Shown piece by piece: positions 19,409-30,048 of a stretch of 64,000 nucleotides of DNA. The position numbers and the translations under genes are program-made. Position 1 is the first letter of the stretch, and the number at the start of each line of letters is the position of its first letter. Origin of the DNA: an uncultured Actinomycetes bacterium. Lineage in GTDB: Bacteria; Actinomycetota; UBA4738; HRBIN12. The stretch spans positions 96,001 through 160,000 of the forward strand of contig OY969934.1 of assembly GCA_963704725.1 (NCBI GenBank), read 5' to 3'. The notes beneath the pieces were generated by a model. It saw nothing but the letters and a program-made list of their open reading frames with translations. It made no database searches and had not been told where the DNA came from.

Positions 19409-21090
19409 CGGAGGGGGGCGCGGACGTGGGGGGTCCGCCGGGGGCTCCGCACGCCGCCGGCGAGCCGGACGACTCCGCCGGGGCCTTCGTCCGCAACACG
19501 GCCGTCATGTCCGTGGGGACGGCGCTGTCCCGCCTCACGGGCTTCCTCCGCCTCGCCGCGATGGCGTACGCGCTCGGGATCACGGAGACGCGGCTGGCCG
19601 ACGCGTACAACATCGCCAACGTCACGCCGAACATCGTCTACGAGCTCGCTCTCGGCGGGATCCTCACGTCGGTCGTCGTGCCGGTCGTGGTGGAATGGCT
19701 GCAGACGCGTGGGCGCGACGAGGCGTGGGACGTCGTGCGGCGCCTCTTCACGTTCGCCGCGGTCGCGCTGACGGCGATCGCCGCGATCGGGATCGCGCTC
19801 GCCCCGTGGATCGTGCGTCTCTACACGTCGGGCATCGCCCATGGCGCCGAGGACCGCGAGACGGTGCGCGCCTTGGCGACGTTCTTCCTGCGCTGGTTCA
19901 TGCCGCAGATCGTCTTCTACGGCATCGGCGCGGTGGCGACCGGACTGCTGAACGCGCATCGCAGGTTCGCCGCGCCGATGTTCGCCCCGATCCTGAACAA
20001 CCTGATCGTCATCGCGACGTTCGTGGCGTTCGCGACCATGCCGGGACCGGCGCGCGGATCCGGGGATCTGGCCACGACCGCCCAGCGGCTCGTGCTGGCA
20101 ATCGGCACGACCGCCGGCGTCGCCGGCATGACGCTCGTGCTGTTGCCCTTCGTCCGCGCCACGGGGTTCCGATTCGGGTGGCGTGCGGGATGGCGGCACG
20201 AGGCGGTGGCCCGGATGGCTCGCCTCGCCGCGTGGGTCTTCGTCTACGTGGTCGCGAACCAGGTCCTGGTCCTCGTCGTCATCGTGCTGTCCGGCGAGCA
20301 CCGCGGCTGGTACACGGCGTACGCGAGCGCGTTCATCCTGTTCCAGCTCCCCCACGCGATCTTCGCCGTCTCGATCTTCACGGCGCTGCTCCCCGCGATG
20401 TCCGGGCGGTGGGCGGCCGGCGACGTCGACGGGTTTCGCCACCTGCTCTCGCAGGGCCTGCGCGCGACGGCAGCGATCGTGATCCCCGCCTCGCTCGGCT
20501 ACCTGGTGCTGGCGCGCCCCATCGTCCGGCTGCTCCTGGAGCACGGCGCGACCGGGGCCGCGAGTGGCGACCTCGTCGCCGATGTGCTCGTGATGTTCGC
20601 GGTGGGCCTGTTCCCCTTCTCCGCGTGGCAGCTGCTGCTGCGCGCGTTCTACTCGATGCAGGACTCTCGGACCCCGGCCCTCGTCAACGTCGCGGCGATC
20701 GCGCTCAACGTCGCGCTCGATCTCGTCTTCTTCTTCGGGCTCGACCTCGGCGTGCAGGGGCTGGCGCTCGGGTTCGCGCTGGAGTACGTGGCCGGCGTCG
20801 TCGTGCTGGCGGCGATCATCCGGCGGCGGTTGCGGGGACTCGACGGCGACCGGCTCCTCACCAGCATCGTCCGGACGGCGGCGGCGGGCGCGGCGACGGC
20901 CGGCGTCGCATGGCTCGCAGCCCGCTGGCTCGGGCAGTCGCTCGGCACGGCGACGATCCTCGAACAGACCGTGCAGGTCCTCGGCGCCGTGGCCGCCGGG
21001 GTCGCCGTGTTCGTGGCATCGGCGACGCTGCTGCGGATCGAGGAGGTGGCGATGGTGCGGGCGCAGATGTTCAGGAGATGGCGTCGATGA
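19405..21090 (+). CDS. murJ: Lipid II flippase MurJ (MviN)
   Basis: SRLTGFLR, ADAYNIAN..PNIVYEL..GG, PQIVFYG, LRAFYSMQDSRTP. Confidence 0.93.
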   Translation: MTEGGADVGGPPGAPHAAGEPDDSAGAFVRNTAVMSVGTALSRLTGFLRLAAMAYALGITETRLADAYNIANVTPNIVYELALGGILTSVVVPVVVEWLQTRGRDEAWDVVRRLFTFAAVALTAIAAIGIALAPWIVRLYTSGIAHGAEDRETVRALATFFLRWFMPQIVFYGIGAVATGLLNAHRRFAAPMFAPILNNLIVIATFVAFATMPGPARGSGDLATTAQRLVLAIGTTAGVAGMTLVLLPFVRATGFRFGWRAGWRHEAVARMARLAAWVFVYVVANQVLVLVVIVLSGEHRGWYTAYASAFILFQLPHAIFAVSIFTALLPAMSGRWAAGDVDGFRHLLSQGLRATAAIVIPASLGYLVLARPIVRLLLEHGATGAASGDLVADVLVMFAVGLFPFSAWQLLLRAFYSMQDSRTPALVNVAAIALNVALDLVFFFGLDLGVQGLALGFALEYVAGVVVLAAIIRRRLRGLDGDRLLTSIVRTAAAGAATAGVAWLAARWLGQSLGTATILEQTVQVLGAVAAGVAVFVASATLLRIEEVAMVRAQMFRRWRR

Positions 21091-21470
21091 GGCTCCACCG
21101 AGACGAGCGCGGCCTCATCGGCAAGATCCTCGTGCTGTGGCTCGTCGTGCTCGCCCTGGTCGTGGTGGCGGCCGTCGACGGCGGCTCGATCCTGCTCGCG
21201 CACGTCCGGACCGCCGAGCTGGCCCGCGACGCCGCGTCGGCGGCGGCGCAGGAGTACGCCGACACGCGGGACCGCCAGGAGGCCCTGCGTTCGGCGCTCG
21301 CCACCGTGGCCGACGGTGGCGAGGGCGCGCAGCTCGAGAACTTCCACGTCACCCGGCGGGGCGAGGTCAGCCTGACCGTCACGGACCACGCCGGCACGGT
21401 GCTGGTCGGGCGGGTCGGCTTCCTGAAGGACCTGGCGAGGATCTCGGCCTCGGCCTCGAGCGGCGGCTGA
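21087..21470 (+). CDS. Tad/Flp pseudopilin-like membrane protein
   Basis: N-terminal RDERG followed by a hydrophobic helix and AxDAAxAAA; ATGA overlap with murJ. Confidence 0.5.
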   Translation: MRLHRDERGLIGKILVLWLVVLALVVVAAVDGGSILLAHVRTAELARDAASAAAQEYADTRDRQEALRSALATVADGGEGAQLENFHVTRRGEVSLTVTDHAGTVLVGRVGFLKDLARISASASSGG

Positions 21471-21529
21471 GCGGTCGACCCCGTCCGCGAGGCCGGGAAG
21501 AGCAGGTCAGCGGCATAGACTGACGCGTC

Positions 21530-22924
21530 GTGCAGACCCGGGACCCGACGACGGTGCTCTCCGGCCGCTACGCGCTCCAGGAGGAGCTCGGCCGCAGCGG
21601 GACCGGTATGGCCTGGCGCGCCGAGGATCGGTTGCTGCGCCGGACGGTGACGGTCAAGCTGATCCACCCGAACCTCGGCGACGACCCCGCCTTCGCCCGG
21701 CGACTCGCGGAGGAGGCGCGCCGCGTCGTGGCGCTGTCCTCGCCGGGTCTCGTGCCGCTGCTCGACACCGGGGTGGAGGACGGCGTCCCCTACCTCGTGC
21801 GCGAGCACGTCGAGGGGATGAGCGTCCGTTCGCGTCTCCGCCTGGGGGGTCCGCTCGCCCCCGCCGAGGCCGCCCGGATCGCGATCGCCGTCCTGGAGGC
21901 TCTGGCGCCCGCGCACGACGCCGGCGTCCTGCACCTGCACGTCGACACCGACGACGTCCTGCTCACACCGGACGGCGGCGTGCGGCTCACCGACCTCGGC
22001 ATCGGGCAGGTGGTGGCGGACACCCGGCCACCGGCAGAGGCCGTCGAGCTCCTCGGAGGAGCGCTCGCTCCCGAGCTCTCCGAGGAGGGGCCCGCCGATG
22101 CGCGGGCCGATCTCTTCCAGGTGGGAGCGGTCCTGTTCGAGACGGTGACCGGGGAACCGCCGGGTGGCCGCCGGTCGCCCCGGGAGGTTCGCCCGTCCGT
22201 GCCCCGGGCGCTCGACCGCGTCGTCGCGCGCGCCCTCGCCACCGATCCCGACGAGCGGTTCGAGAGCGCCGCGGGACTGGTGGCCGCGCTCCGGTCCGCC
22301 GCCGCGGAGGACCGGACGGGCGACGGCGGGCATCGGGGCGTGCTGGGTGCGTGGCTCGGCGTGCCGCTCGCGATCGCGGTGGTCGCCGCGGCGGCGATCG
22401 CGGCCGGGCTGTGGCTCGGACGCATCGAGCTGGGCGGCCCGCTGGGGATCCGCCCCGCCGAGGACTCCCCCAGCCCGGCGGCGGCCGCACCGCCCACCAC
22501 CCTGCGTCCCACCTCGGTCGCGGTGTTCGATCCCTTCGGCACCCTCGGCGAGAACGACGCCTCCGCTCCGCTCGCGATCGACGGTGACGAGGCGACGTCG
22601 TGGCGATCGGAGAACTACTTCGACGGGCGACTGAACAAGCCGGGCGTCGGGCTCGTGTTCGATCTCGGCGACCGGCGCGACGTCGTGGGGTTCCGGATGC
22701 GGACGCCGCATCCCGGCTTCACGTTCCAGGTCGCCGTGGGAGACGACCCGCAGGTGCTCCTGGACGGGGTCGGCTCGTCGTACACGGCCCTGGCCGACAC
22801 CCGGGGGGAGCTCTCGGCCTCGGGGCGGTACGTGCTCGTCTGGATCACCAGCGTGGTGCCCGTCGAGGACGGCCACCGGGCCGAGGTCGGCGAGTTCGAC
22901 GTGGTGGTCGCGCCCCGTGCCTGA
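21530..22924 (+). CDS. Ser/Thr-kinase-like protein (probable pseudokinase) with TM and extracellular discoidin-like domain
   Basis: Kinase fold with HLHVDTDDVLL in place of HRDxKPxN; AIDGDEATSWRS C-terminal domain. Confidence 0.8.
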   Translation: MQTRDPTTVLSGRYALQEELGRSGTGMAWRAEDRLLRRTVTVKLIHPNLGDDPAFARRLAEEARRVVALSSPGLVPLLDTGVEDGVPYLVREHVEGMSVRSRLRLGGPLAPAEAARIAIAVLEALAPAHDAGVLHLHVDTDDVLLTPDGGVRLTDLGIGQVVADTRPPAEAVELLGGALAPELSEEGPADARADLFQVGAVLFETVTGEPPGGRRSPREVRPSVPRALDRVVARALATDPDERFESAAGLVAALRSAAAEDRTGDGGHRGVLGAWLGVPLAIAVVAAAAIAAGLWLGRIELGGPLGIRPAEDSPSPAAAAPPTTLRPTSVAVFDPFGTLGENDASAPLAIDGDEATSWRSENYFDGRLNKPGVGLVFDLGDRRDVVGFRMRTPHPGFTFQVAVGDDPQVLLDGVGSSYTALADTRGELSASGRYVLVWITSVVPVEDGHRAEVGEFDVVVAPRA

Positions 22925-23513
22925 GCCGGGCGACCGGGACGAGGACCTCGTCCGCCGATACCTGTCCGGCGACCGGGGCGCGTTCGCCGTGCTGGTCGAG
23001 CGGCACGAGCGGCGGGTCTACAACCTCGCGCTGCGGATGACGGGCAAGGAGGAGGACGCCCGCGACGCCGCGCAGGACGCGTTCCTCACCGCGCTCCGCA
23101 AGCTGTCCTCGTTCCGGGGCGAGGCGGCCTTCACCACGTGGCTCCATCGCGTCACCGTCAACGCGTGCTACGACCTGCTGCGCAAACGTCAGCGTCAGCC
23201 GCTGCTCGATCGCGGCGGGGACGATCTCCCTCGCCCGGAGCCGCCGCCGGCCCCCGACCACGCCGACGACACCATCCTGTCGATCGACGTGCAACGCGCC
23301 CTGCTCGAGGTGCCCGAGGACTTCCGCGCCGCGATGATCCTGCACGACGTGCAGGATCTGCCGCAGGAGGAGGTGGCGGCGATCCTGGGCGTCCCGGTCG
23401 GCACCGTGAAGTCGCGTCTGCATCGGGGGCGGGTGGCCCTGGCTCGGGCCCTGCACGTCGAGCGGGAACGCCGGGGTGCGTCCGGTCCGTCTGACGGGAC
23501 GGTGATCCGATGA
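22917..23513 (+). CDS. sigM: ECF sigma factor SigM-like
   Basis: DAAQDAFL, FTTWLHRVTVNACYD, GTVKSRLHRGR; conserved position. Confidence 0.85.
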   Translation: MPEPGDRDEDLVRRYLSGDRGAFAVLVERHERRVYNLALRMTGKEEDARDAAQDAFLTALRKLSSFRGEAAFTTWLHRVTVNACYDLLRKRQRQPLLDRGGDDLPRPEPPPAPDHADDTILSIDVQRALLEVPEDFRAAMILHDVQDLPQEEVAAILGVPVGTVKSRLHRGRVALARALHVERERRGASGPSDGTVIR

Positions 23514-24277
23514 CCCACCCTGAGGACCTCCTCGCCGACTACGTCGACGGCTCGCTCCGAGACCAGGAGCGCGCCGCCGTCGACGCGCACCTCGAGACGT
23601 GCCCGGTCTGCCGGGAGGAGATCGAGCTGGCCAGGGCGGCCGTGACGGCGCTCGCCACGCTCGAGGAGGTGCCCGTGCCCCTCGGCGTGACCGGGCCGAT
23701 CCTGGCGGAGTCGGGGAAGCGATTCGAGCGGCGGCGGGTGGTCGCGTGGCGGCGACTGCAGTGGGCGGCCGGAGCGGCGGCCGCGGCGGCGCTCGTCCTC
23801 GTGGTCGGCCTGAACCTGACCGACCTGGGGTCGGGCGACGGCGCGAACCGTGCCACCGTCGAGGCGGCCGGCGGGGGCTCGGCCGCCTCGGGTCCGGCGG
23901 CCGAGCTGGCCGCCCCCCAGGCCGCCCTGCCGTCGCCCGGCCTCCAGCGGCAGCCGGACGTGAACTACGACGACGCTGGGGTTCGCTCCCTGGCCGAGGA
24001 CGCCGCGAAGGAGAGGTCGACTGCGGGGGCGTCCGCGGACACCGCGCTCGCCGCTTCCACCGACGCGCTCAGATGCCTCAGGGCGTCGGGCGCGCCGGTC
24101 GGCCAGCCCGACTACCAGCTCGTCCGCCTGGTCGAGGCGAAGTTCAAGGGGACGCCGGCCTTCTTCGGCGTCTTCCTGCAGAGCCCCGGGGCCGGCCAGC
24201 CCGCCGACCACGCTATCGTCTGGGTCTCTGCCACGAACGACTGCCGGATCCTGGACCAGGCCTCGCTCCCCATCTGA
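23510..24277 (+). CDS. Zinc-finger (ZAS) anti-sigma factor
   Basis: HLETCPVC (HxxxCxxC) plus TM; coupled to the sigma gene. Confidence 0.85.
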   Translation: MTHPEDLLADYVDGSLRDQERAAVDAHLETCPVCREEIELARAAVTALATLEEVPVPLGVTGPILAESGKRFERRRVVAWRRLQWAAGAAAAAALVLVVGLNLTDLGSGDGANRATVEAAGGGSAASGPAAELAAPQAALPSPGLQRQPDVNYDDAGVRSLAEDAAKERSTAGASADTALAASTDALRCLRASGAPVGQPDYQLVRLVEAKFKGTPAFFGVFLQSPGAGQPADHAIVWVSATNDCRILDQASLPI

Positions 24278-24319
24278 CGCCGCGGCGCTTGGAAGGTTCG
24301 AGCGCGCACTCGTAGAGTT

Positions 24320-25024
24320 GTGGCTGTGAGGTATCGCGTCGAGCAGCTGGCGGCCGCGTGCGACGTCTCCGTCGACACCGTCCGGTACTACCAGTCCCGA
24401 GGGCTGCTCGCCCCGCCCCGGCGCGAGGGCCGGGTCGCGTGGTACGAGGTCGAGCACGCCGCGCGGATCCGCGAGATCCGGACGCTGCAACGCAAGGGCC
24501 TGACGCTCGCGGCGATCGAGCGCGTGCTCCGCGGCGAGCTCGGTCGCCCCGACGCCGACCTCGCCGCCGCCGTCCACGCCGCTCAGGGCGACGGCGACCG
24601 GGAGGAGCTCCTTCCGCTCGAGGAGTTCGCCGCCCGCAGCGGCGTCCCCGCATCGCTGATCCAGGCCGTTGAGCGCGAGGGCATCAAGCTCGGACGCACC
24701 GCCGGCGGCGAGGAGCGATATACGGCGTCCGACATCGAGATGGTCCGGGGCGCGCTGCGGTTGCTGGAGTTCGGCCTGCCGCTCGGCGAGCTCCTCGCCC
24801 TGGCGCGCGAGACGAACGAGGCGATGGTGAAGCTGGCGGACCGCGCCGTCGAGCTGTTCGACGAGCACGTTCGCAAGCCGATCCGCGACACGGCCGGATC
24901 GGACGCGGCGGCCGCCGCGCAGCTGGTGGAGGCGTTCGACACGCTGCTGCCGGCCGTGACGAACCTCGTCGCCAACCACTTCCGCCGCGTGCTCTTGGCC
25001 GAGGCCGAGGAGCGGCTCCCGTGA
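24320..25024 (+). CDS. MerR-family transcriptional regulator (two HTH-like units)
   Basis: VSVDTVRYYQSRGLL and a second LEEFAARSGV unit. Confidence 0.85.
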   Translation: MAVRYRVEQLAAACDVSVDTVRYYQSRGLLAPPRREGRVAWYEVEHAARIREIRTLQRKGLTLAAIERVLRGELGRPDADLAAAVHAAQGDGDREELLPLEEFAARSGVPASLIQAVEREGIKLGRTAGGEERYTASDIEMVRGALRLLEFGLPLGELLALARETNEAMVKLADRAVELFDEHVRKPIRDTAGSDAAAAAQLVEAFDTLLPAVTNLVANHFRRVLLAEAEERLP

Positions 25025-25710
25025 GCTCGGCGGACCTTCCCCGAGGGGACGAGAAGGCGCGGACGGTGCGCGGCATGTTCGATGCCATCGCCGGCCGCTA
25101 CGACCTGGTGAACCGCGTGATGACGTTCGGGCTCGACGTCGGATGGCGCCGCCGCGCGGTCACCGAGCTGCGTCTGCCCGGCGGGTCCCTCGTCGCCGAC
25201 CTCGCGTGCGGCACGGGAGACCTGTGCAACGAGCTGACGAGGGCCGGCTACCGGGCCGCGGGGTTCGACTTCTCGATCGGCATGCTGGCCAACGCGACGA
25301 CCGCGGCCCCGCTCGCCCAGGCGGACGTGCTCGCGCTGCCGCTCGGGCCGGCGAGCGTCGACGGGGCGACGTGCGGGTTCGCCCTACGCAACGTGGTCGA
25401 CCTCGGCGCGCTGTTCGCGGAGATCGCTCGGGTCGTGCGCCCGGGGGGCCGGGTGGCGCTGCTCGAGGCCGGGCGGCCGGACGGACGGGTCCTGCGTGCG
25501 GGACACTGGGTGTACTTCGGGAAGGTGGTGCCGTTGATCGGCGGCGCGTTGTCGGACCGGCGAGCGTACCGGTACCTGCCACGGTCGATGGCGTACCTGC
25601 CGCCCCCGCACGAGCTCGTCGCGATGCTCGGAACCGCCGGGTTCGCCGACGCCGCCCGGACGTTGCTGGCCGGGGGCGCGGCGCAGCTGCTGACGGGAAC
25701 TCGGAGATGA
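25021..25710 (+). CDS. menG: Demethylmenaquinone methyltransferase (UbiE/MenG)
   Basis: MFDAIAGRYDLVNRVMTFG, DLACGTGD, FALRNV. Confidence 0.88.
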   Translation: MSSADLPRGDEKARTVRGMFDAIAGRYDLVNRVMTFGLDVGWRRRAVTELRLPGGSLVADLACGTGDLCNELTRAGYRAAGFDFSIGMLANATTAAPLAQADVLALPLGPASVDGATCGFALRNVVDLGALFAEIARVVRPGGRVALLEAGRPDGRVLRAGHWVYFGKVVPLIGGALSDRRAYRYLPRSMAYLPPPHELVAMLGTAGFADAARTLLAGGAAQLLTGTRR

Positions 25711-26966
25711 GCCGCCCGCCGTTCACCGTCCACGCGTCCCGGCTCGGCCCGGCCTTCGACCTCCTCGCGGGCTACCACCCCGGCGGCTTCTTCTTCGAGC
25801 GCTCGGGGCTCGGCGTGTCCGCATCCGGCATCGCCGAGACCGTCTCGGCCGGCGAGGGAGCCGAGCGCATCCTGCGCCTCTCGCGGATGCTCGCCGAGGC
25901 GCTCGCCGAGGTGAAGGGGCCCGAGGACGGGCCGCCCCCGGTCGCGGTGGCCTCGATCCCGTTCTCCGACCAGGCACCGGCCGAGGCGACGATCCCGGCT
26001 CGGACGGCGATCCGCCGCTCGGCGGGCGAGACGTGGCGGCTCGACGTGTGGGCGGAGGGGCTCGGCGCCCCGGACGACCTGGGCGAGCGATGGACGGGCC
26101 GCGCCACGCCGCACGACGCGTTCGAGGACATGCAGCTGTGGCCAGAGCCCGAGCCCGAGGAGTACGCGGCCGCGGTCGAGCGGGCCACGGCGAAGATCCG
26201 GAGCGGCGGCCTGCGCAAGGTGGTGCTGGCCCGATCCCTCCTCGTCGACGCGGACCGCGAGCTCGACGCCAAGCAGCTCCTGTGGCGCCTGCGCGCCGTC
26301 GACCCCGACTGCTACGCGTTCGCGACGCCGGGGTTCGGCGACGCCCGTCGGGGCGTGTTGGTCGGCGCCACGCCGGAGCTGCTCGTGCGCAAGCGCGGCC
26401 GTCTCGTCGAGGCGACGCCGCTGGCGGGCTCGGCCCAGCGGTTCGGGGACCCGGTGCGCGACCGCGCCTCGGCCGATCGACTGTTCCGATCGGCCAAGGA
26501 CCGGGAGGAGCACGCCGTGGTGGTCGAGGACGTCGCGCACGTGCTCGAGGCCTACTGCGACGACCTCGTCCACCCGCACGAGCCGGAGCTGCTCGGCACC
26601 GCGAACGTCTGGCACCTGGCCACGGCCTTCCGCGGCAAGCTCCATCGAACCGGGACCTCCGTCCTCGAGCTCGTCGCGGCCCTGCACCCCACCGCGGCCG
26701 TGTGCGGCACCCCCCGTGAGGCCGCCCGGGAGACCCTGGCCGACCTCGAGCCCATCGACCGGGGCGCCTACGCCGGGCCGGTGGGCTGGGTCGACGCAGC
26801 GGGGGACGGTGAGTGGGCGATCGCGCTCCGGTGCGCCGAGATCACCGGGAAGACGGCCCGGCTGTTCGCCGGCGCCGGGATCGTGGCCGACTCCGAGCCG
26901 GAGGCCGAGGTCGACGAGACCGAGCGGAAGTTCCGCGCCCTGCTCGACGCGCTCCGGTGGGGCTGA
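25707..26966 (+). CDS. menF: Isochorismate synthase
   Basis: KVVLAR, GATPELL, PLAGS, KDREEH, LHPTAAVCG, AGAGIV. Confidence 0.88.
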   Translation: MSRPPFTVHASRLGPAFDLLAGYHPGGFFFERSGLGVSASGIAETVSAGEGAERILRLSRMLAEALAEVKGPEDGPPPVAVASIPFSDQAPAEATIPARTAIRRSAGETWRLDVWAEGLGAPDDLGERWTGRATPHDAFEDMQLWPEPEPEEYAAAVERATAKIRSGGLRKVVLARSLLVDADRELDAKQLLWRLRAVDPDCYAFATPGFGDARRGVLVGATPELLVRKRGRLVEATPLAGSAQRFGDPVRDRASADRLFRSAKDREEHAVVVEDVAHVLEAYCDDLVHPHEPELLGTANVWHLATAFRGKLHRTGTSVLELVAALHPTAAVCGTPREAARETLADLEPIDRGAYAGPVGWVDAAGDGEWAIALRCAEITGKTARLFAGAGIVADSEPEAEVDETERKFRALLDALRWG

Positions 26967-27449
26967 TCAGTCCCCGGCGATCCCCAGCCACATCCAGGCG
27001 CCTCCGGGACCGAACCCCGCCCGTTCGTAGAACGACACGGACCGCGGGCTCGGCCACAGCAGGACGCCGTCGGCCTCCTTCGACCCGGCGAACGCCACCG
27101 CGACGTCGAGCAGCTCGCGGCCGAGCCCGGCGCCCCGCCGTTCGGGCTCGAGGTACATGTTCGTGACGTAGGCGATGGGGCGCTGCCACCGGGCGCGGTT
27201 GGGGTGCGGCACCTTCTCGACGAGCTGTAGCCACACGCAGCCGACGAGGCGGCCGCCGTCCTCGGCCACCCACACGCGCCACGCCCCGCCCTCCGCCAGG
27301 GCGTCCGCCACGAACGACCGCATCTCCTGGTCGAAACGCGCACGATCCAGGCCGGGCGGGGTTCCGTCCTCGATCCGGAACTCCCAGCGCAGGCGGGCCA
27401 GCTCCTCCGTGTCGGCGACGGTCGCGACGCGGATCGACGATCTCGTCAT
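26967..27449 (-). CDS. GNAT-family acetyltransferase
   Basis: NMYLEPERRGAGLGRELL and FYERAGF; ATGA overlap with menD. Confidence 0.85.
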   Translation of the reverse strand: MTRSSIRVATVADTEELARLRWEFRIEDGTPPGLDRARFDQEMRSFVADALAEGGAWRVWVAEDGGRLVGCVWLQLVEKVPHPNRARWQRPIAYVTNMYLEPERRGAGLGRELLDVAVAFAGSKEADGVLLWPSPRSVSFYERAGFGPGGAWMWLGIAGD

Positions 27450-29146
27450 GGGGCCGAGCGTACGGCCGCCGACACCGCGGCGTGGACCTCGGCGTGGCGC
27501 CGGACGTTCGCCTCGGGGTCGATGGGGACCTCGACCACCCGAACCCCGCCCGACGCGCGCGCCCGCTCGACGGCCGGGACCAGTTCGTTCGCCCGCTCCA
27601 CGCGCGTGTGGCCCGCGCCGGCCGCCGCGCAGACCGCGGCGAGATCGAGTCCATGGGGCGTGGTGAACAGCTCTCGAAGCTCGGGCAGCGTGCGCTGTTC
27701 GAGGAACGAGAAGATCACGCCGCCGCCGTTGTTCGGCACGACGAACACCGCGTCGAGACCTCGCCGTGCGCTCCACATCAGCGACCCCACGTCGTGCAGC
27801 AGCGTCAGGTCTCCGCACAGCGCCGCCGTCGGCGCGCCGTCGGCCGCCGCGCCCAGGGCGGTCGAGACGAACCCGTCGATCCCGCTGGCCCCCCGGTTCG
27901 CCAGCACACGGAGACCGTGGCGCGGCAGCATGTACGCGTCGAGATCCCGCACCGGCATGCTGGACCCGACGAGGAGCGCGGACCCGTCGGGGAGCGATGC
28001 GGCGAGATCGCGCGCCACCCGGCCCTCGAACGGCTCGTCCCACGATCCGATCGTCCCGTCCACGGCCCGCCGGGCCCGATCGTCGGCCTCGCGCCACGCC
28101 GCGAGCCACGTCCCCTCCTCGCGAGGCGCGATCTGCTCGGCCGCCGTGTGCAGCACGTGCTCGCCGTGGACGGCGAAGCGGCGCTCCGTCCGCCGGTTCG
28201 GGTCCCCAACCACCAGGTCCGGATCGACGATCACGAGCCGTTCGGCCGAGCGGGCCAGGGCCAGCGCCGGGCGGGACGTCGGCGCGGCGCCGACCTGCAG
28301 GAGCACGTCCGGGAGGTGGCCGGCTCGGAACGCCTCGTCCGCGAGCAGGAGCTGCCCCGCCTCGAGGACGCCCGGGATCCGGGTGCCGGAGGTCGGCTCG
28401 GCGACCACCGGCCAGCCGAGCCGCGCGGCGAGCTCCAGCGCCCCCGGGACCGGCGCCCGCTGCGACCCGAGGTAGACGAGCCCCCGAACGCCCTTCACCA
28501 TCGACGTCGCGAGCTCGGTCACCTCGCCGTCGGTAGCCCGGCGCCCTTCACCGATCCCAACGTGCCCCAGCGCGAGGACGGTCTCCTCGCCGAGATCGAC
28601 CGGCGCTCCCGCCGGGACGAGCCCGTCGCCGAACGGCAGGTTCACGTGGACGGGCCCCGGCGAGCAGGCCCGTCGGTACGACTCGAGCCCCAGCTCCGTC
28701 CACGTCCGGAACGCGTCCGGCGCCTCGGCCGGGAGCGGCGCGTCAACGAACCACCGGACGTACCGGCCGAAGAGCTCGAGCTGGTCGATCGTCTGGTTCG
28801 CCCCCGTGCCGCGGAGCGCGGGCGGCCGATCGGCCGTGAGCGCGATGAGAGGCGCCCGTGACATCGACGCCTCGACGACCGCGGGGAACAGGTTCGCGGC
28901 GGCCGTGCCGCTCGTGCAGACGACGACGACCGGGCGGTTCGACGCCTTCGCCAGGCCGAGCGCGAAGAAGGCCGAGGATCGCTCGTCGAGATGGACGTGC
29001 ACGCGGATCCGGTCGTCCCGCGCCAGCGCGAGCGCGATCGGCGTCGAGCGCGAACCCGGCGAGATGCACGCGTCGCGCAGCCCCATGACGGCGAGGGTGC
29101 CCACGAACGCCGAGGCGCACGCGAGCGCGACGTCGCCTTCACTCAT
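27446..29146 (-). CDS. menD: SEPHCHC synthase
   Basis: SPGSRSTP, DERSSAFFALG, TSGTA, NRGASGIDG, NNGGG. Confidence 0.95.
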   Translation of the reverse strand: MSEGDVALACASAFVGTLAVMGLRDACISPGSRSTPIALALARDDRIRVHVHLDERSSAFFALGLAKASNRPVVVVCTSGTAAANLFPAVVEASMSRAPLIALTADRPPALRGTGANQTIDQLELFGRYVRWFVDAPLPAEAPDAFRTWTELGLESYRRACSPGPVHVNLPFGDGLVPAGAPVDLGEETVLALGHVGIGEGRRATDGEVTELATSMVKGVRGLVYLGSQRAPVPGALELAARLGWPVVAEPTSGTRIPGVLEAGQLLLADEAFRAGHLPDVLLQVGAAPTSRPALALARSAERLVIVDPDLVVGDPNRRTERRFAVHGEHVLHTAAEQIAPREEGTWLAAWREADDRARRAVDGTIGSWDEPFEGRVARDLAASLPDGSALLVGSSMPVRDLDAYMLPRHGLRVLANRGASGIDGFVSTALGAAADGAPTAALCGDLTLLHDVGSLMWSARRGLDAVFVVPNNGGGVIFSFLEQRTLPELRELFTTPHGLDLAAVCAAAGAGHTRVERANELVPAVERARASGGVRVVEVPIDPEANVRRHAEVHAAVSAAVRSAP

Positions 29147-30048
29147 GACGCCCGAACCCCGGCGATCCACAGTCCGAGCGAGAGCAGGCCCCCGAACGTG
29201 ACCTGGAGGAGTCCCGTTCCGACGAGGACGGGGACGAGGGCTCGGCCCCGAGCGGTCCCGACCTCGACGAGGGGCCGGATCGCGAGCGGCGCCGCCCCGA
29301 GCGCCAGGAGGGACCACCCACCGAGGCCCGCCGCCGGGTCGATCGCCGCCGTCGCGGCGGCCCCGGCGACGACGATCACGAAGGCCCCGACCACGCAGGC
29401 CCGATACGTCGTCCTCGTCCGGTCCTCGCCGAGCCGGACCGCCAGCGTCCGCTTGCCGGACGCGGCGTCCGTCGGGATGTCCCGCAGGTTGTTCGCGACC
29501 AGGATCGCCACCGCCAGCAGCCCCATCGTCGCGCTCGACCACCACGCGGAGGCCGAGACGGTCTCGGCCTGGACGTACGCCGTTCCCGCCGTGGCCATCA
29601 CCCCGAAGAACAGGAACACCATCACCTCGCCGAGGCCCAGCTCCGCGTAGGGCCTCGGCCCGCCGCTGTAGAGCCACAGCGCGAGCATCGCGACCGCACC
29701 GAGCGGGACGAGCCACCATGTCGTCGCGGCGGCGAGCGCCAGCCCGGCGATGCCGGCCACGGCGATCGCGGCCAACGAGGCGAACAGGACCGATCTCGGC
29801 GAGGTCATCCCCGACGACGTGAGCCGGGGCGGTCCCAAGCGCTCGGCGGTGTCGACGCCGCGGACGCCGTCGTGGAAGTCGTTCGCGTAGTTCACGCCGA
29901 CCTGCAGCCCGAGCCCGACGAGCAGCGCGGCGACGAAGCGCCAGGGCTCGGCGTGCCCGGCCGCGGCCGTGCCCACGACGACGGGCGTCACGCTCGCGCC
30001 GAGCGTTCGGGGCCGGGCGCCGTGGACCCAGACGCCGAGTCGGCTCAC
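29143..30048 (-). CDS. menA: DHNA polyprenyltransferase
   Basis: [24 protein letters not shown]...KRTLAV. Confidence 0.93.
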   Translation of the reverse strand: MSRLGVWVHGARPRTLGASVTPVVVGTAAAGHAEPWRFVAALLVGLGLQVGVNYANDFHDGVRGVDTAERLGPPRLTSSGMTSPRSVLFASLAAIAVAGIAGLALAAATTWWLVPLGAVAMLALWLYSGGPRPYAELGLGEVMVFLFFGVMATAGTAYVQAETVSASAWWSSATMGLLAVAILVANNLRDIPTDAASGKRTLAVRLGEDRTRTTYRACVVGAFVIVVAGAAATAAIDPAAGLGGWSLLALGAAPLAIRPLVEVGTARGRALVPVLVGTGLLQVTFGGLLSLGLWIAGVRAS

